A stretch of 64,000 nt of DNA from Acidobacteriota bacterium (GTDB taxonomy: Bacteria > Acidobacteriota > UBA6911 > RPQK01 > JAJDTT01): positions 4,896,001 to 4,960,000 of the forward strand of contig OZ253580.1 of assembly GCA_965263035.1 (NCBI GenBank). The letters are read 5' to 3'. The notes under the pieces were generated by a model, which saw nothing but the letters and a program-made list of their open reading frames with translations, was not told the origin of the DNA and made no database searches. Made by a program: the position numbers and the translations under genes. Position 1 is the first letter of the stretch, and each line of letters opens with the position of its first letter. This document shows, piece after piece, positions 37,656 to 46,990 of the stretch.

Positions 37656-40600
37656 TCAGAACGAATACTTGAGAGCCACCTGGACCTGGCGGGCAGGGGA
37701 CGCCTCGCCCAGCGCCCCGAAGTCGGCCGTGCCGAACTGGTTGACCCTGGCCTTGCGCCGGAGGACGAAGTTGGTGCGGTTGGCGGCGTTGAACATCTGC
37801 AGGCGCAGCTCCAGATTCTGTCCTTCGGTCAGGCGGAAGGAGCGCCGGAGCGAGAGGTCCACGTTGGCCAGGCCGGGACCCTCCACCGTGGTCCGCCCGG
37901 CGTTGCCGTAGCGAAAGCCGTCGGGTCGGACGAAGGCGTCCGTGTCGAACCACCGGTTGGGCGTGCGCTGGTCCGGCGGCAGGTTCGGATTTCCGATCCG
38001 GTCCGGCCATTGAGAAAATTCGGAGCCCACGTCCAGAGCGTCGCCCGGGAGGTAGACGCTGAACCAGGGACCGTCCTGGAAACTGGAGATGACCTGGAGG
38101 GACCAACCACCCAGAATCGCCCCCATAGGCCCACTCTGGAAGTAGGGCTTTCCCCGGCCGAAGGGAGGCTCGTAACCGGTGGTGAGGACCAACCGGCGCC
38201 GGACGTGGAGCTCGGAGAGTCCGCGGTTGAGGTGCAGCGGCAGGTTCCGGCTCCTGAAATAGCGCCGCTCATACGACCCTTCCCAACCGCCGCCGGTGTT
38301 GATCTGGCTCGACCAGGTCAAGGAGCCGCTCAGATGGAGTCCTTCCGCTCCGGGACGCCGTTCCACCCGAAACTGCATGCCGTGATATCTGGAGTCGGCG
38401 TCGGCCATGGGGACGTGGACGGCCTGAAGCTGGGGAAAGGGACGGCGGGCCTGCCGGTCTCCAGTGCCGGGACGAGCGTCGTTGAGCGATACCGTATCCA
38501 GCTGGTTCGCCGTGTGGGACCCTAGATAACCCGCCTCCAACATCAGGAGAGGAGTGAATTTGTGCTGCATGGAGAGGCCCCAGACGTGCGTCGATGAGAG
38601 AGGCAACGGGGTCTCCACTCCATAGATGGTGGGAACGGCCGATCCGGCCAGGGTTGCGGGAAATGGGTCGGACAAGCTCAGGCCGGGAGTCTCCAAGGGC
38701 GCATTGAAGGTCGAGCGGATGGCGCCCTCGCGCGGAGTTCGGGTCAGGCGATAGAGTATCCCCGTGTCCAGTTCGTTGGCATAGATGCCGTAGCCAAGCC
38801 GCACCACCGAGTTGGAACCCACCCGCCATGCCATCCCCGCGCGGGGCAGGAAACCCTCACTTCGCCTCCAGCTCACCAGCGGAATTCCCGCCGGAAAGCG
38901 GCCGGTCTCTCCTGCCTTCAGGTCCAGATCCAAGGGGGACGCCGCAATGGCTCCCCGGTGGGGATCGAAATTGGAGACGAACCCTCTTTTGTCCTTCCAC
39001 GGGAACCTCCCCTCGTACCGGAGCCCGAGGGTCAGGGTCAGCCGCGAATTCAGTTTCCAGTCGTCCTGGACGAACAGATAGAGGGCGTTCTGGTGGAGGT
39101 TCCCCCGGTACGACTCCCCTCCCAGAGTGGTGCGGGCCGGATAGCCGAGCAGGAAATCGCCGAGCGCCCGCCCGGTGTAGCGATCGAAGAAGTCGAACTG
39201 GGACCGGGCGTCCATGTTGATGAAGAGGTAGTGCTGGCGGAACTCGGCGCCGGTCTTCAGTGAGTGGTCTCCCCGCTGGAAACTGATCAGTTCCTTGATC
39301 TGCCAGTTCCCGGTGATGGACGGTCCCTGAAGGCTGATGTCTCCCAGGTTGGTGTAGCCCTGGATCTGTACGATGGGAATTCCGATTCGATCCACTTCGC
39401 TGGCTTGGAGCTCAGGGACGCCCAGGCCCATCGACGCCTCAGGCTTGGGATTGGAGGGTGCCGCGATGTAGGGCCTTCGTGTCCAGTGCAAGCTGGCCAC
39501 GTTGGTGAGGCCGCCCGGTAGGGTCCGGGTGTTGGTGATGCTCTGGCCGTAGGCGCGGAGAGGTTGGACGGCGGAGAATGCGGAGATGAGGCGCACGGTG
39601 ACGTAGGGTCCCGAATTCCAGACGAAGCGCCCCGACCAGCGGCTCCGATCCGAATCCTTGAAATCGACTCTCGAAATGAACTGGGGGTTGTCGTAAGGCG
39701 CGAAGGAGTCGGGGCTGGTGAAGTTGAGCGCCCCTGCCGTGTTGGGCCGGGGAAAGAAGGCCAGAAGCCTCTTCGCCACCGGATTGATCCGGTCTGCAGG
39801 AATAGTGTTGTTGGGGAACGGTCGGCCCGTGGCCGGATCCATCAGGGTGGTGGAGAAACGGCCCTCCCGTTCTCCATCGGTGGGAACGACCCCCGTCAGC
39901 GGACGGATCTCCCGGATGGACTCGTGTTGGTACGAGACGAAGAACCAAGCCCGGTCCCGTCCGTCCAACAGGCGGGGAATCCGGATCGGCCCCCCCAAGG
40001 TGGCCCCTATCTGGTTGCGCTTGTACTCCTGCTTCTCGGGCTCGAAGAAGTTGCGGGCGTCCAGGTTGTCGTTGCGGTGAAACCAGAACAGGTTGCCGTG
40101 AAAGTCGTTGCCCCCGCTTCGGGTGACCGCCACGATCTGTCCTCCGGGGCGGATCCCGTACTCGGCCCCGTAGAGGCCGGTCTTGACCTCGAATTCCTGC
40201 AGGGCGTCGGTGCTGGGCTTGAAGTTGGAAAAGCGAGGAAACAGAGACCCGTCCACATAGGTGACGTTGTCCCGCTGCCGCATCCCCTGGACCCGGATGT
40301 TCCCCATGGCGCTTCCCGAGGTGCTGGTGCTGCTGGCGGGAGCCGTCCCCGGAGCCAAGGTCGCCAACTGGGTGAAGTCGCGAGAATTCAGAGGCATGTC
40401 TTCCAGTTTCTTGCGGCCGATGACCTCTCCCAGCTCGGCGTCCTCCGATTCCAATTGGAGACCCTGCGCCCGGGTGCGGCGGACATCGTCCCAGTCTCCG
40501 GACAACAGATTGAAGTCCTGGCGAACCGTCTGTCCCACTTGAAGCAGGATTCCGGTGCGCACCTCTTTCTGGTATCCGCCCAGACTCACTCCGATCTCAT

Positions 40601-40847
40601 AGTCGCCGACGGGCACCCCGTCCAGGCGGTAGTTGCCGTTCGCCGCGCTCAGAGCCACGAAGACTTCGTTGGTCTGAATCCGGGTGAGGGTCAGTTCGAC
40701 GCCGCTGAGGGTCCCATTCTGACCGTCCCGCACGGTTCCCAGGAGAGTTCCGGTCCCCGATTGTGCGGTGACGAGGTTTCCGGTCAGGAGCAGGAGTCCT
40801 GCAGCCAGAACCAGGATGAGGGAAAGGGAGTGCGGCGGCCTGTGCAT
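37656..40847 (-). CDS. Oar-like TonB-dependent receptor with N-terminal carboxypeptidase-regulatory-like domain
   Basis: Signal peptide; PLNSRDF, YGAEYG, TRSGGNDFHG, NLDARNFF; C-terminal QVALKYSF. Confidence 0.9.
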   Translation of the reverse strand: MHRPPHSLSLILVLAAGLLLLTGNLVTAQSGTGTLLGTVRDGQNGTLSGVELTLTRIQTNEVFVALSAANGNYRLDGVPVGDYEIGVSLGGYQKEVRTGILLQVGQTVRQDFNLLSGDWDDVRRTRAQGLQLESEDAELGEVIGRKKLEDMPLNSRDFTQLATLAPGTAPASSTSTSGSAMGNIRVQGMRQRDNVTYVDGSLFPRFSNFKPSTDALQEFEVKTGLYGAEYGIRPGGQIVAVTRSGGNDFHGNLFWFHRNDNLDARNFFEPEKQEYKRNQIGATLGGPIRIPRLLDGRDRAWFFVSYQHESIREIRPLTGVVPTDGEREGRFSTTLMDPATGRPFPNNTIPADRINPVAKRLLAFFPRPNTAGALNFTSPDSFAPYDNPQFISRVDFKDSDRSRWSGRFVWNSGPYVTVRLISAFSAVQPLRAYGQSITNTRTLPGGLTNVASLHWTRRPYIAAPSNPKPEASMGLGVPELQASEVDRIGIPIVQIQGYTNLGDISLQGPSITGNWQIKELISFQRGDHSLKTGAEFRQHYLFINMDARSQFDFFDRYTGRALGDFLLGYPARTTLGGESYRGNLHQNALYLFVQDDWKLNSRLTLTLGLRYEGRFPWKDKRGFVSNFDPHRGAIAASPLDLDLKAGETGRFPAGIPLVSWRRSEGFLPRAGMAWRVGSNSVVRLGYGIYANELDTGILYRLTRTPREGAIRSTFNAPLETPGLSLSDPFPATLAGSAVPTIYGVETPLPLSSTHVWGLSMQHKFTPLLMLEAGYLGSHTANQLDTVSLNDARPGTGDRQARRPFPQLQAVHVPMADADSRYHGMQFRVERRPGAEGLHLSGSLTWSSQINTGGGWEGSYERRYFRSRNLPLHLNRGLSELHVRRRLVLTTGYEPPFGRGKPYFQSGPMGAILGGWSLQVISSFQDGPWFSVYLPGDALDVGSEFSQWPDRIGNPNLPPDQRTPNRWFDTDAFVRPDGFRYGNAGRTTVEGPGLANVDLSLRRSFRLTEGQNLELRLQMFNAANRTNFVLRRKARVNQFGTADFGALGEASPARQVQVALKYSF

Positions 40848-41010
40848 CTTCGGTGCCTGATGGCCTCCAGAATAGCACGAAACCCCCGGCACCACGGGCT
40901 GGAACCGGCGGTTTCCAACCGCCGAAGTCGCGATGGAGCACGGGAGAATGAGTGCAGGGGGAAACTGAGGTATGGGCGTCCGGAAGTCACCCCTCCGGAT
41001 TAGACGAAGG

Positions 41011-41036
41011 AGGGTGCCCAAAAGGGGCGCCCCTAC
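41011..41036 (-). repeat. GTAG-type REP
   Basis: Minus strand GTAG-GGGCGCCCC-TTTT-GGGCACCCT; related copies at 53427-53450 and about 5115-5131. Confidence 0.6.
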
Positions 41037-41091
41037 GTTTCACTTGGAATAAACAAGGTCAGATCGTTGCCTGAGCAGTACAATGTGTCCC

Positions 41092-41310
41092 ATGAAGTCG
41101 ATCGTCACATTTCGGCTCGAAACTGAGCTAAAGCGCGCACTGGACGAAGTGTGTGACAGGCTGGATCGGACCCGGAGCGACGTTGTGCGAGATGCGTTAA
41201 GGAAGCATCTCAGCTTGACGCGGTTCGAATATACTCGGCGCCGGCTCCGTCCATTCGCGGAGTCCCGAGGTTATTTGACCGATCAAGACGTTTTTCGGGA
41301 CGTTTCGTGA
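41092..41310 (+). CDS. CopG/ribbon-helix-helix protein (orphan antitoxin-like)
   Basis: IVTFRLETELKRALDEVC...TRSDVVRDAL; C-terminal PFAESRGYLTDQDVF; stop overlaps a GTG whose frame has no recognisable toxin. Confidence 0.8.
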   Translation: MKSIVTFRLETELKRALDEVCDRLDRTRSDVVRDALRKHLSLTRFEYTRRRLRPFAESRGYLTDQDVFRDVS

Positions 41311-41520
41311 AAGCCTCTCCCACTGCCGGTTCCTGGAGCGGTGCAGAAGCGGGCTTCGGTGAGAGCCTTGATCTCCTTTTGCCATGGGCCAGATGCGTTC
41401 AAGATAAAGTATTCATTCTGAAGAAAGTTGCAGGGTAGAATACAGACTCGGTGATCATCTGTTGGAATCAGTATGACTTCCTGGTTCGGATAGGATCGTT
41501 ATTGCAGGAGCCTCTCAAAG

Positions 41521-42252
41521 ATGAGCATTCGTCATCGAATCGGATTGATGGTCCCCTCTACCAACACCACCTGCGAGGGGGACTACCAACTGGTGGCCCC
41601 CAGGTCCATGACCGTCCACGGCCAGAGGCTCTGGCTGACCAACGACTCCATGGGCGAAGACGGCATGGAGCGGATGAACACGGACATCGAGAGCGGTTCC
41701 CGCTACCTGGCCACGGCCCGGGTGGACGCCATCGTCTACGCCTGCACCACGGGAAGTTTCTTCAAGGGCGCCGGCTGGGACCGGGAAATGCTCGCTCTCA
41801 TCGAGCGAACGGCGAAGGTTCCCGCCATCGGCACCAGTCCGGCCGTGGTCGAGGCGCTACGCTTTATGGGCGCCCGCAAGATATCCGTGGCCACCCCCTA
41901 CCCGGATTGGAGCAACCGGAGGCTCCGCACCTACCTGGAGACCGCCGGCTTCACCGTCCTCAACGTGGAGGGCGAGCCGGTGGCGGTGGGCGCCGGCCAG
42001 CAGGGCATCAACGATCAGGACCCCGAGTCGGTGGTGAGGTTCGCCTCCCAGGTCTGCCGGCCCGAGGCCGATCTGCTCTTCTGTTCCTGCACGGCTTGGC
42101 GGTCCGTGGAGGTGGTGGAGGAACTGGAACGAATAACGGGCCGTCCCGTGGTGACCTCCAACCAGTCCACGATCTGGGCCAGCTTCCGGAAGCTGGGGCT
42201 GACCCGGCCCATCGAAGGATTTGGCAGCCTGCTCCGGCGGATGGACCCCTGA
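41521..42252 (+). CDS. Asp/Glu racemase-superfamily protein (maleate cis-trans isomerase/AMDase-like, two Cys)
   Basis: IGLMVPSTN, YACTTGS, ATPY, SCTAW and PVVTSNQ motifs. Confidence 0.85.
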   Translation: MSIRHRIGLMVPSTNTTCEGDYQLVAPRSMTVHGQRLWLTNDSMGEDGMERMNTDIESGSRYLATARVDAIVYACTTGSFFKGAGWDREMLALIERTAKVPAIGTSPAVVEALRFMGARKISVATPYPDWSNRRLRTYLETAGFTVLNVEGEPVAVGAGQQGINDQDPESVVRFASQVCRPEADLLFCSCTAWRSVEVVEELERITGRPVVTSNQSTIWASFRKLGLTRPIEGFGSLLRRMDP

Positions 42253-42331
42253 GTCGGGCGCACGGCCTGACCGCCCGACGCCTGCTCAGATCCGTTTTCG
42301 GCAGCGAACCTTTCCGTATACCCTGGAGCCC

Positions 42332-43453
42332 ATGAGAATCGATTCCATAGAAGTGGTCCACGTGGCCATGCCCCTCATTTATCCTTGGAGGACCGCCTAC
42401 GGCGAGGACTCTGCCGTTCAATCGGTCCTGATCCGGATGGAGTCGAAGGGACTGGCGGCCTGGAGCGAGGCGACTCCACTGGCCGCACCCCAATACCTGC
42501 CGGAGTGGGCGGGAGGCGTCTTCGCCTGTATCCGGGACTGGTTGGCGCCGGCCCTGGTGGGGCAAGAGATCGCCAGCGGAGACGAACTTCAATCCCGGCT
42601 CTCCTTCGTCAAGGGAAACTCGTTCGCCAAGGGCGGCCTGGACAGCGCCTGGTGGGTGCTGGAGGCCATGAGGCGGGAGATTCCTCTTTACCGGTTCCTG
42701 GGAGGGCGGCGGTCCCAGGTCGACGTGGGGGCCGACTACGGAATCATGGACTCGGTGGACGATTTGCTGGAGGCCATCGGCCGGGGCGTGGAGGCGGGTT
42801 TCAAACGGACCAAGCTGAAGTACGGGCCGGGATGGGATCTGCCCGTCCTGAAGGAGGTCCGGAAGAACTTTCCCGATCACACCTTTCACATCGACTGCAA
42901 CAGCGGCTACCGGCTGTCCGACCTGGAGATGTTCCGGGAGATCGACCGACTGGGCTTGGCCATGATCGAGCAGCCGCTGCAGTACAACGACTTGGCGGAC
43001 CACGCCCGGCTCCAGAAGGAGTTGCGAACGCCCGTCTGCCTGGATGAGAGCGTGACCTCCCCCGACAAGGCCCGGAAGGCCATCGAAATGGGGAGTTGCC
43101 AGATCGTCAACATCAAGACCTGCCGGGTCGGAGGACTGACGCCGGCCCTCCAGATCCACGACCGGTGCCGCCAGGCTGGGATCCCCTGCTGGATCGGGTC
43201 CATGTTGGAAAGCGCCGTGGGCGCCCGGGTCAATCTGGCTCTGGCCACGTTGGAGAACTTCACCTACCCGGCCGACCTCTTCCCCACCAGCCGTTTCTAC
43301 CGGAAGGATCTGGCCCGGCCCGAGGTGTTTCTGGATCGGGGTCCGTCGGGCGAGCCTGTGATGAGCCTTTCGGAGGAACCGGGCCACGGAACCGAGCCGG
43401 ACCCGGGGATGCTGGAGGAGTGCACGGTCGCCCGCAGCCGGATCTCCGCCTGA
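42332..43453 (+). CDS. menC: o-succinylbenzoate synthase / N-acylamino acid racemase (enolase superfamily)
   Basis: KLK, DCN, EQP, LDES, NIK and GSMLES motifs. No other men genes nearby, so a racemase role is possible. Confidence 0.75.
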   Translation: MRIDSIEVVHVAMPLIYPWRTAYGEDSAVQSVLIRMESKGLAAWSEATPLAAPQYLPEWAGGVFACIRDWLAPALVGQEIASGDELQSRLSFVKGNSFAKGGLDSAWWVLEAMRREIPLYRFLGGRRSQVDVGADYGIMDSVDDLLEAIGRGVEAGFKRTKLKYGPGWDLPVLKEVRKNFPDHTFHIDCNSGYRLSDLEMFREIDRLGLAMIEQPLQYNDLADHARLQKELRTPVCLDESVTSPDKARKAIEMGSCQIVNIKTCRVGGLTPALQIHDRCRQAGIPCWIGSMLESAVGARVNLALATLENFTYPADLFPTSRFYRKDLARPEVFLDRGPSGEPVMSLSEEPGHGTEPDPGMLEECTVARSRISA

Positions 43454-43516
43454 CTCAGGGGCCAGGGAATTCACAAGACCGCCCGATCCACACCCTGCTC
43501 TCGAAGTGCAGGCCGT

Positions 43517-45403
43517 TCACGGCAGGGCAAAGGCGACGAGCTTGCCGCCGAACACCTTGTTGTACTTGTTCCCCCCGCCGGCGGCGATGACGACGAACTG
43601 CTTGCCGGTCTTGGGTCCCACATAGGTCATGGGCGTGGCGTGGCCGCTGGCCGGCAGCCGCCGGACCCAGACCTCCTCGCCCGATTTCTTGTCGAAGGCG
43701 CGGATGCGGCTGTCGTTGGTGGCGGCGATGAAGACCAGGCCGCCGGCCGTCACGATGGGGCCGCCCAGACTGGGGGTCCCGGTCTTGGGGACGCCCCGCC
43801 GCGTCAGTTCGTCGAACTCTCCCAGGATGGACTGCCAGCGGAATTCTCCCGTGTTCAGATCGATGGCGGTCAACGAGCCCCATGGGGGCTTCTGGCAGGG
43901 ATACTGGTTGGAATCCCAGAAGCGTCCATACTTGGTGCCCCGGGCCCGGAATGGGACCTTGGATCCCTCGGGCCGGCTCACCATCCGGACGAAGGCGCCC
44001 ACGTCCATGGAGTTGATGTAGAGCACCTGGGACTCGGGGTCGAACGCCGCCCCGCCCCAGTTGGAGCCGCCGTTGGTCCCCGGAAACATGACGGTCAGCT
44101 GCCGGCCGATGGGCCGAAAGAGGGGGCCCTCCACATAGGCGTCCTTGACCATTTCCAGGCACTCGGCCCGAGACTCGGGAGTGACGTCGGTGATCTCGTC
44201 CCGGGTCATGGCTTGGCGGACGAAGGGGGGCGGCTTGACCGGGACGGGTTGGGTGGGGGAGTAGTACTCGCTGGGAATGTTCCCCTGGGGCACCGGCTGT
44301 TCCTGGACTTCGAAGAGGGGCTTACCCGTCTCCCGGTGGAGCAGGAAGACGAATCCGGTCTTGGTGGTCTGGGCCACGGCCGGAACCGGCTTCCCGTCGC
44401 GCCGCACCGTGACCAGGGATGGCTGCGAGGGCAGGTCCCAGTCCCAGAGGTCGTGGTGGATGGTCTGGAAGTGCCAGACTCGTTTACCGGTTCGGCAGTC
44501 CAGGGCAACGATGCTGTCGCTGAAGAGGTTGTCCCCCTTGCGGTCCCCTCCGTAGAAGTCGGTGCCGGGGGAGGTCAGGGGGACGAAGACCATCTGGCGC
44601 TCCTCGTCCACGCTCAGGTTGGACCAGGCATTGACCCCCGACCGGTCCTTCCACGAGTCCCCCTCCCAGGTGTCGTGGCCGAACTCTCCCGGACGGGGAA
44701 TGGAGTGGAAGCGCCAGACTCGGCGCCCGGTCCGGGCGTCGACGGCCTGGATGTCGCCGCTGGGCCCCTGGGGTTCGCCGTCGCTGACCCAGCTTCCCGC
44801 CACCAGCACGTTGCCGCAGGGGGCCACCGGTGAGCCCAGCCCGAACCGGAGATGACCGTAGTCGCCCATCATTCCCTGCTTCAGGTCCACCATCCCTGCG
44901 GTCCCGAATCCCGGGTCAGCCTTTCCGGTGGCGGTGTCCACGGAAAAGAGGCGCCCCAGCTGGTCCCCCAGAAAGATCCGTTTGGCCTTTCCGTCGGTCC
45001 AGTAGGCGACGCCGCGGCTCTTGTACATGTTCACCCGCTCGCTGCGGTCGAACTTGGGATCGAACTCCCAGAGCTTCTCTCCGGTGTCGGGATCGAGGGC
45101 CAGGAGACGATGAAAGACGGTGGAGACGTAGAGGACGCCGTCCACCATCAAGGGCGTGGTTTGGAAGGAGGAGAAGGTGGGCAGCTCGGAGCCGTCGCTG
45201 AAGTCACCCGTGTCGTGGACCCAGGCCTCCTTCAGGCGGCCGACGTTCTCGCGGTTGATCTGGTCCAGGGAGGAGTACTGCATCCCTCCCGGGTCCCCGC
45301 CGTAGGAGATCCATTCCCGATCCTGGGCGGGGAGGATTCCAGGAGCCGTCAGGATGACGAGAAGGCCAAGCCGGAAAGCGGGAAGAAAGCGTGCCGTCAA
45401 CAT
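43517..45403 (-). CDS. PQQ-dependent dehydrogenase (glucose/quinate family)
   Basis: SYGGD...YSSLDQINRENV, HHDLWDWD, GGSNWGG, PCQKPPWG and ATPMTY motifs; signal peptide. Confidence 0.9.
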   Translation of the reverse strand: MLTARFLPAFRLGLLVILTAPGILPAQDREWISYGGDPGGMQYSSLDQINRENVGRLKEAWVHDTGDFSDGSELPTFSSFQTTPLMVDGVLYVSTVFHRLLALDPDTGEKLWEFDPKFDRSERVNMYKSRGVAYWTDGKAKRIFLGDQLGRLFSVDTATGKADPGFGTAGMVDLKQGMMGDYGHLRFGLGSPVAPCGNVLVAGSWVSDGEPQGPSGDIQAVDARTGRRVWRFHSIPRPGEFGHDTWEGDSWKDRSGVNAWSNLSVDEERQMVFVPLTSPGTDFYGGDRKGDNLFSDSIVALDCRTGKRVWHFQTIHHDLWDWDLPSQPSLVTVRRDGKPVPAVAQTTKTGFVFLLHRETGKPLFEVQEQPVPQGNIPSEYYSPTQPVPVKPPPFVRQAMTRDEITDVTPESRAECLEMVKDAYVEGPLFRPIGRQLTVMFPGTNGGSNWGGAAFDPESQVLYINSMDVGAFVRMVSRPEGSKVPFRARGTKYGRFWDSNQYPCQKPPWGSLTAIDLNTGEFRWQSILGEFDELTRRGVPKTGTPSLGGPIVTAGGLVFIAATNDSRIRAFDKKSGEEVWVRRLPASGHATPMTYVGPKTGKQFVVIAAGGGNKYNKVFGGKLVAFALP

Positions 45404-45531
45404 CCGTTCCTCATAGCAGCGGGCCGAGACGGAAGTCAAGAAAACACAAGCCAAGACTTATTGTCTACTGCATTCAGGCAGCCTGGAGGCAGCATCTTGG
45501 TCTTCTGCCGCTGGTCGAGAGATAATCGTGC

Positions 45532-45592
45532 CAATTGACAGGTCTACCGTTAATTGTCATGATAATCCGCGAAACAATTGTCAACTGTCATG
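45532..45592 (+). promoter_or_regulatory. Putative sigma70 promoter overlapped by repeated TGACA/TGTCA boxes
   Basis: TTGACA (45535) followed by CATGAT/GATAAT; AATTGTCA twice and TGTCATGA twice before ATG 45590. Confidence 0.45.
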
Positions 45593-46789
45593 AATTCCAT
45601 AACCCATCCTCTGGTTCCTCGCTACCTGAACGTGATGGACATTCTGGAGCACCGCTCCTGTTTTCTGTTCGGTCCGCGTCAGACCGGCAAGACCACGCTG
45701 ATTCGTCAGCAATTCGCCGACTATCCCACCTACAGCTTACTCGACCAGATTCTGTTCGTCCGTCTCTCTCGCAATCCCGCGTTGATCCGTCAGGAGCTCG
45801 CTGCGGACACTTCCATCGTGGTCATCGACGAGATCCAGAAGATGCCCCAGTTGCTCAACGAGGTGCAGCTTATGATCCAGGAATCCGGTGTTCGGTTCCT
45901 TCTCACCGGATCAAGCGCCCGGAGTCTGCGCCGGAAGGGCGTCAATCTCCTGGGAGGCCGCGCCCGATCGCGGGCTTTGCATCCGTTCGTCCGGATTGAA
46001 CTCGGTGAATGGTTCGATCTGGACCGAACCCTGGAGTACGGTCTCCTGCCGCCGATCTATTTTTCCGATTCTCCCACTGAGGACCTGGCCGCTTATGCGG
46101 GCGACTATCTGAAGGAGGAGGTCGCAGCCGAGGCGATCGTCAGGAACATCGGCGCCTTCAGCCGGTTTCTGGAAACGGCGGGGCACGCGCATGGAGAGAT
46201 GATCAATTTCTCCTCCATGGCCAATGATTCTCAAGTGCCGGTATCCACCGTGCGCGAGTACTACGAGATCCTCAAAGACACGTTCATTGCCCACGAGGTG
46301 CCGGCATTGACCGAGAGCCGGAAGCGCAAGGCGATCTCTACCTCGAAGTACTACCTGTTCGACGTCGGACTCGCCCGTCATCTGCAGGGCCGGCGGGGAT
46401 TGGCGCCGGGAACCGCCGAATACGGCAGCGCGTTCGAAAGCTACATTTTCCAGGAGATCAAGGCCTTCTGTGACTACCATCGGCTCGAAACGCCCCGCTA
46501 CTGGCGATCGAAATCGCGATTCGAGGTGGATTTCGTTTTCGAGGATATAGCGGTGGAGACGAAGGCAAAGAAGAACGTGAGCGCGCGAGATCTCAAGGGA
46601 TTGCGAGCCCTGAGAGAGGAGAACCTGTTCAGCCGCTACCTGCTGGTTTCGATGGAGCCGGCACCCAGGGTGGTGGACGGCATTTCGATCCTGCCCTGGT
46701 CCGACTTTCTGGACCGGCTATGGGGAGGAGAATGGGTTCGGGTTAGTTCTGAACCGACTATTGGACGGCTCCAGGGCAAGGCCCCCTGA
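45590..46789 (+). CDS. AAA_14 ATPase + DUF4143 with C-terminal PD-(D/E)xK-like motif
   Basis: GPRQTGKT, IDEIQK, TGSSA, KYYLFDVGL and YWR...EVDFV...AVETKA motifs. Confidence 0.88.
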   Translation: MNSITHPLVPRYLNVMDILEHRSCFLFGPRQTGKTTLIRQQFADYPTYSLLDQILFVRLSRNPALIRQELAADTSIVVIDEIQKMPQLLNEVQLMIQESGVRFLLTGSSARSLRRKGVNLLGGRARSRALHPFVRIELGEWFDLDRTLEYGLLPPIYFSDSPTEDLAAYAGDYLKEEVAAEAIVRNIGAFSRFLETAGHAHGEMINFSSMANDSQVPVSTVREYYEILKDTFIAHEVPALTESRKRKAISTSKYYLFDVGLARHLQGRRGLAPGTAEYGSAFESYIFQEIKAFCDYHRLETPRYWRSKSRFEVDFVFEDIAVETKAKKNVSARDLKGLRALREENLFSRYLLVSMEPAPRVVDGISILPWSDFLDRLWGGEWVRVSSEPTIGRLQGKAP

Positions 46790-46990
46790 ACGGATCACTT
46801 TCTTCGGTGCGCGGAGCGAGACCCACCGGTACTCGACTGGCATGGTACTTCGGCGGGCAGCGTTGGTCATACGGCAGCGCCACTGCACCCCCAACATCAA
46901 TTTCAGTCGAATGTCCTGACTGCTCCGTAGGGGTTATTCGGGGCAATCCGGCTGGCGGGCCCGCCGTGCCTGGAGTGTAAAAACCATCAG

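Noticed and set aside
46790-46990. Possible transposase or gene remnant downstream of AAA-DUF4143
   Set aside because: No frame gives a motif I can identify.
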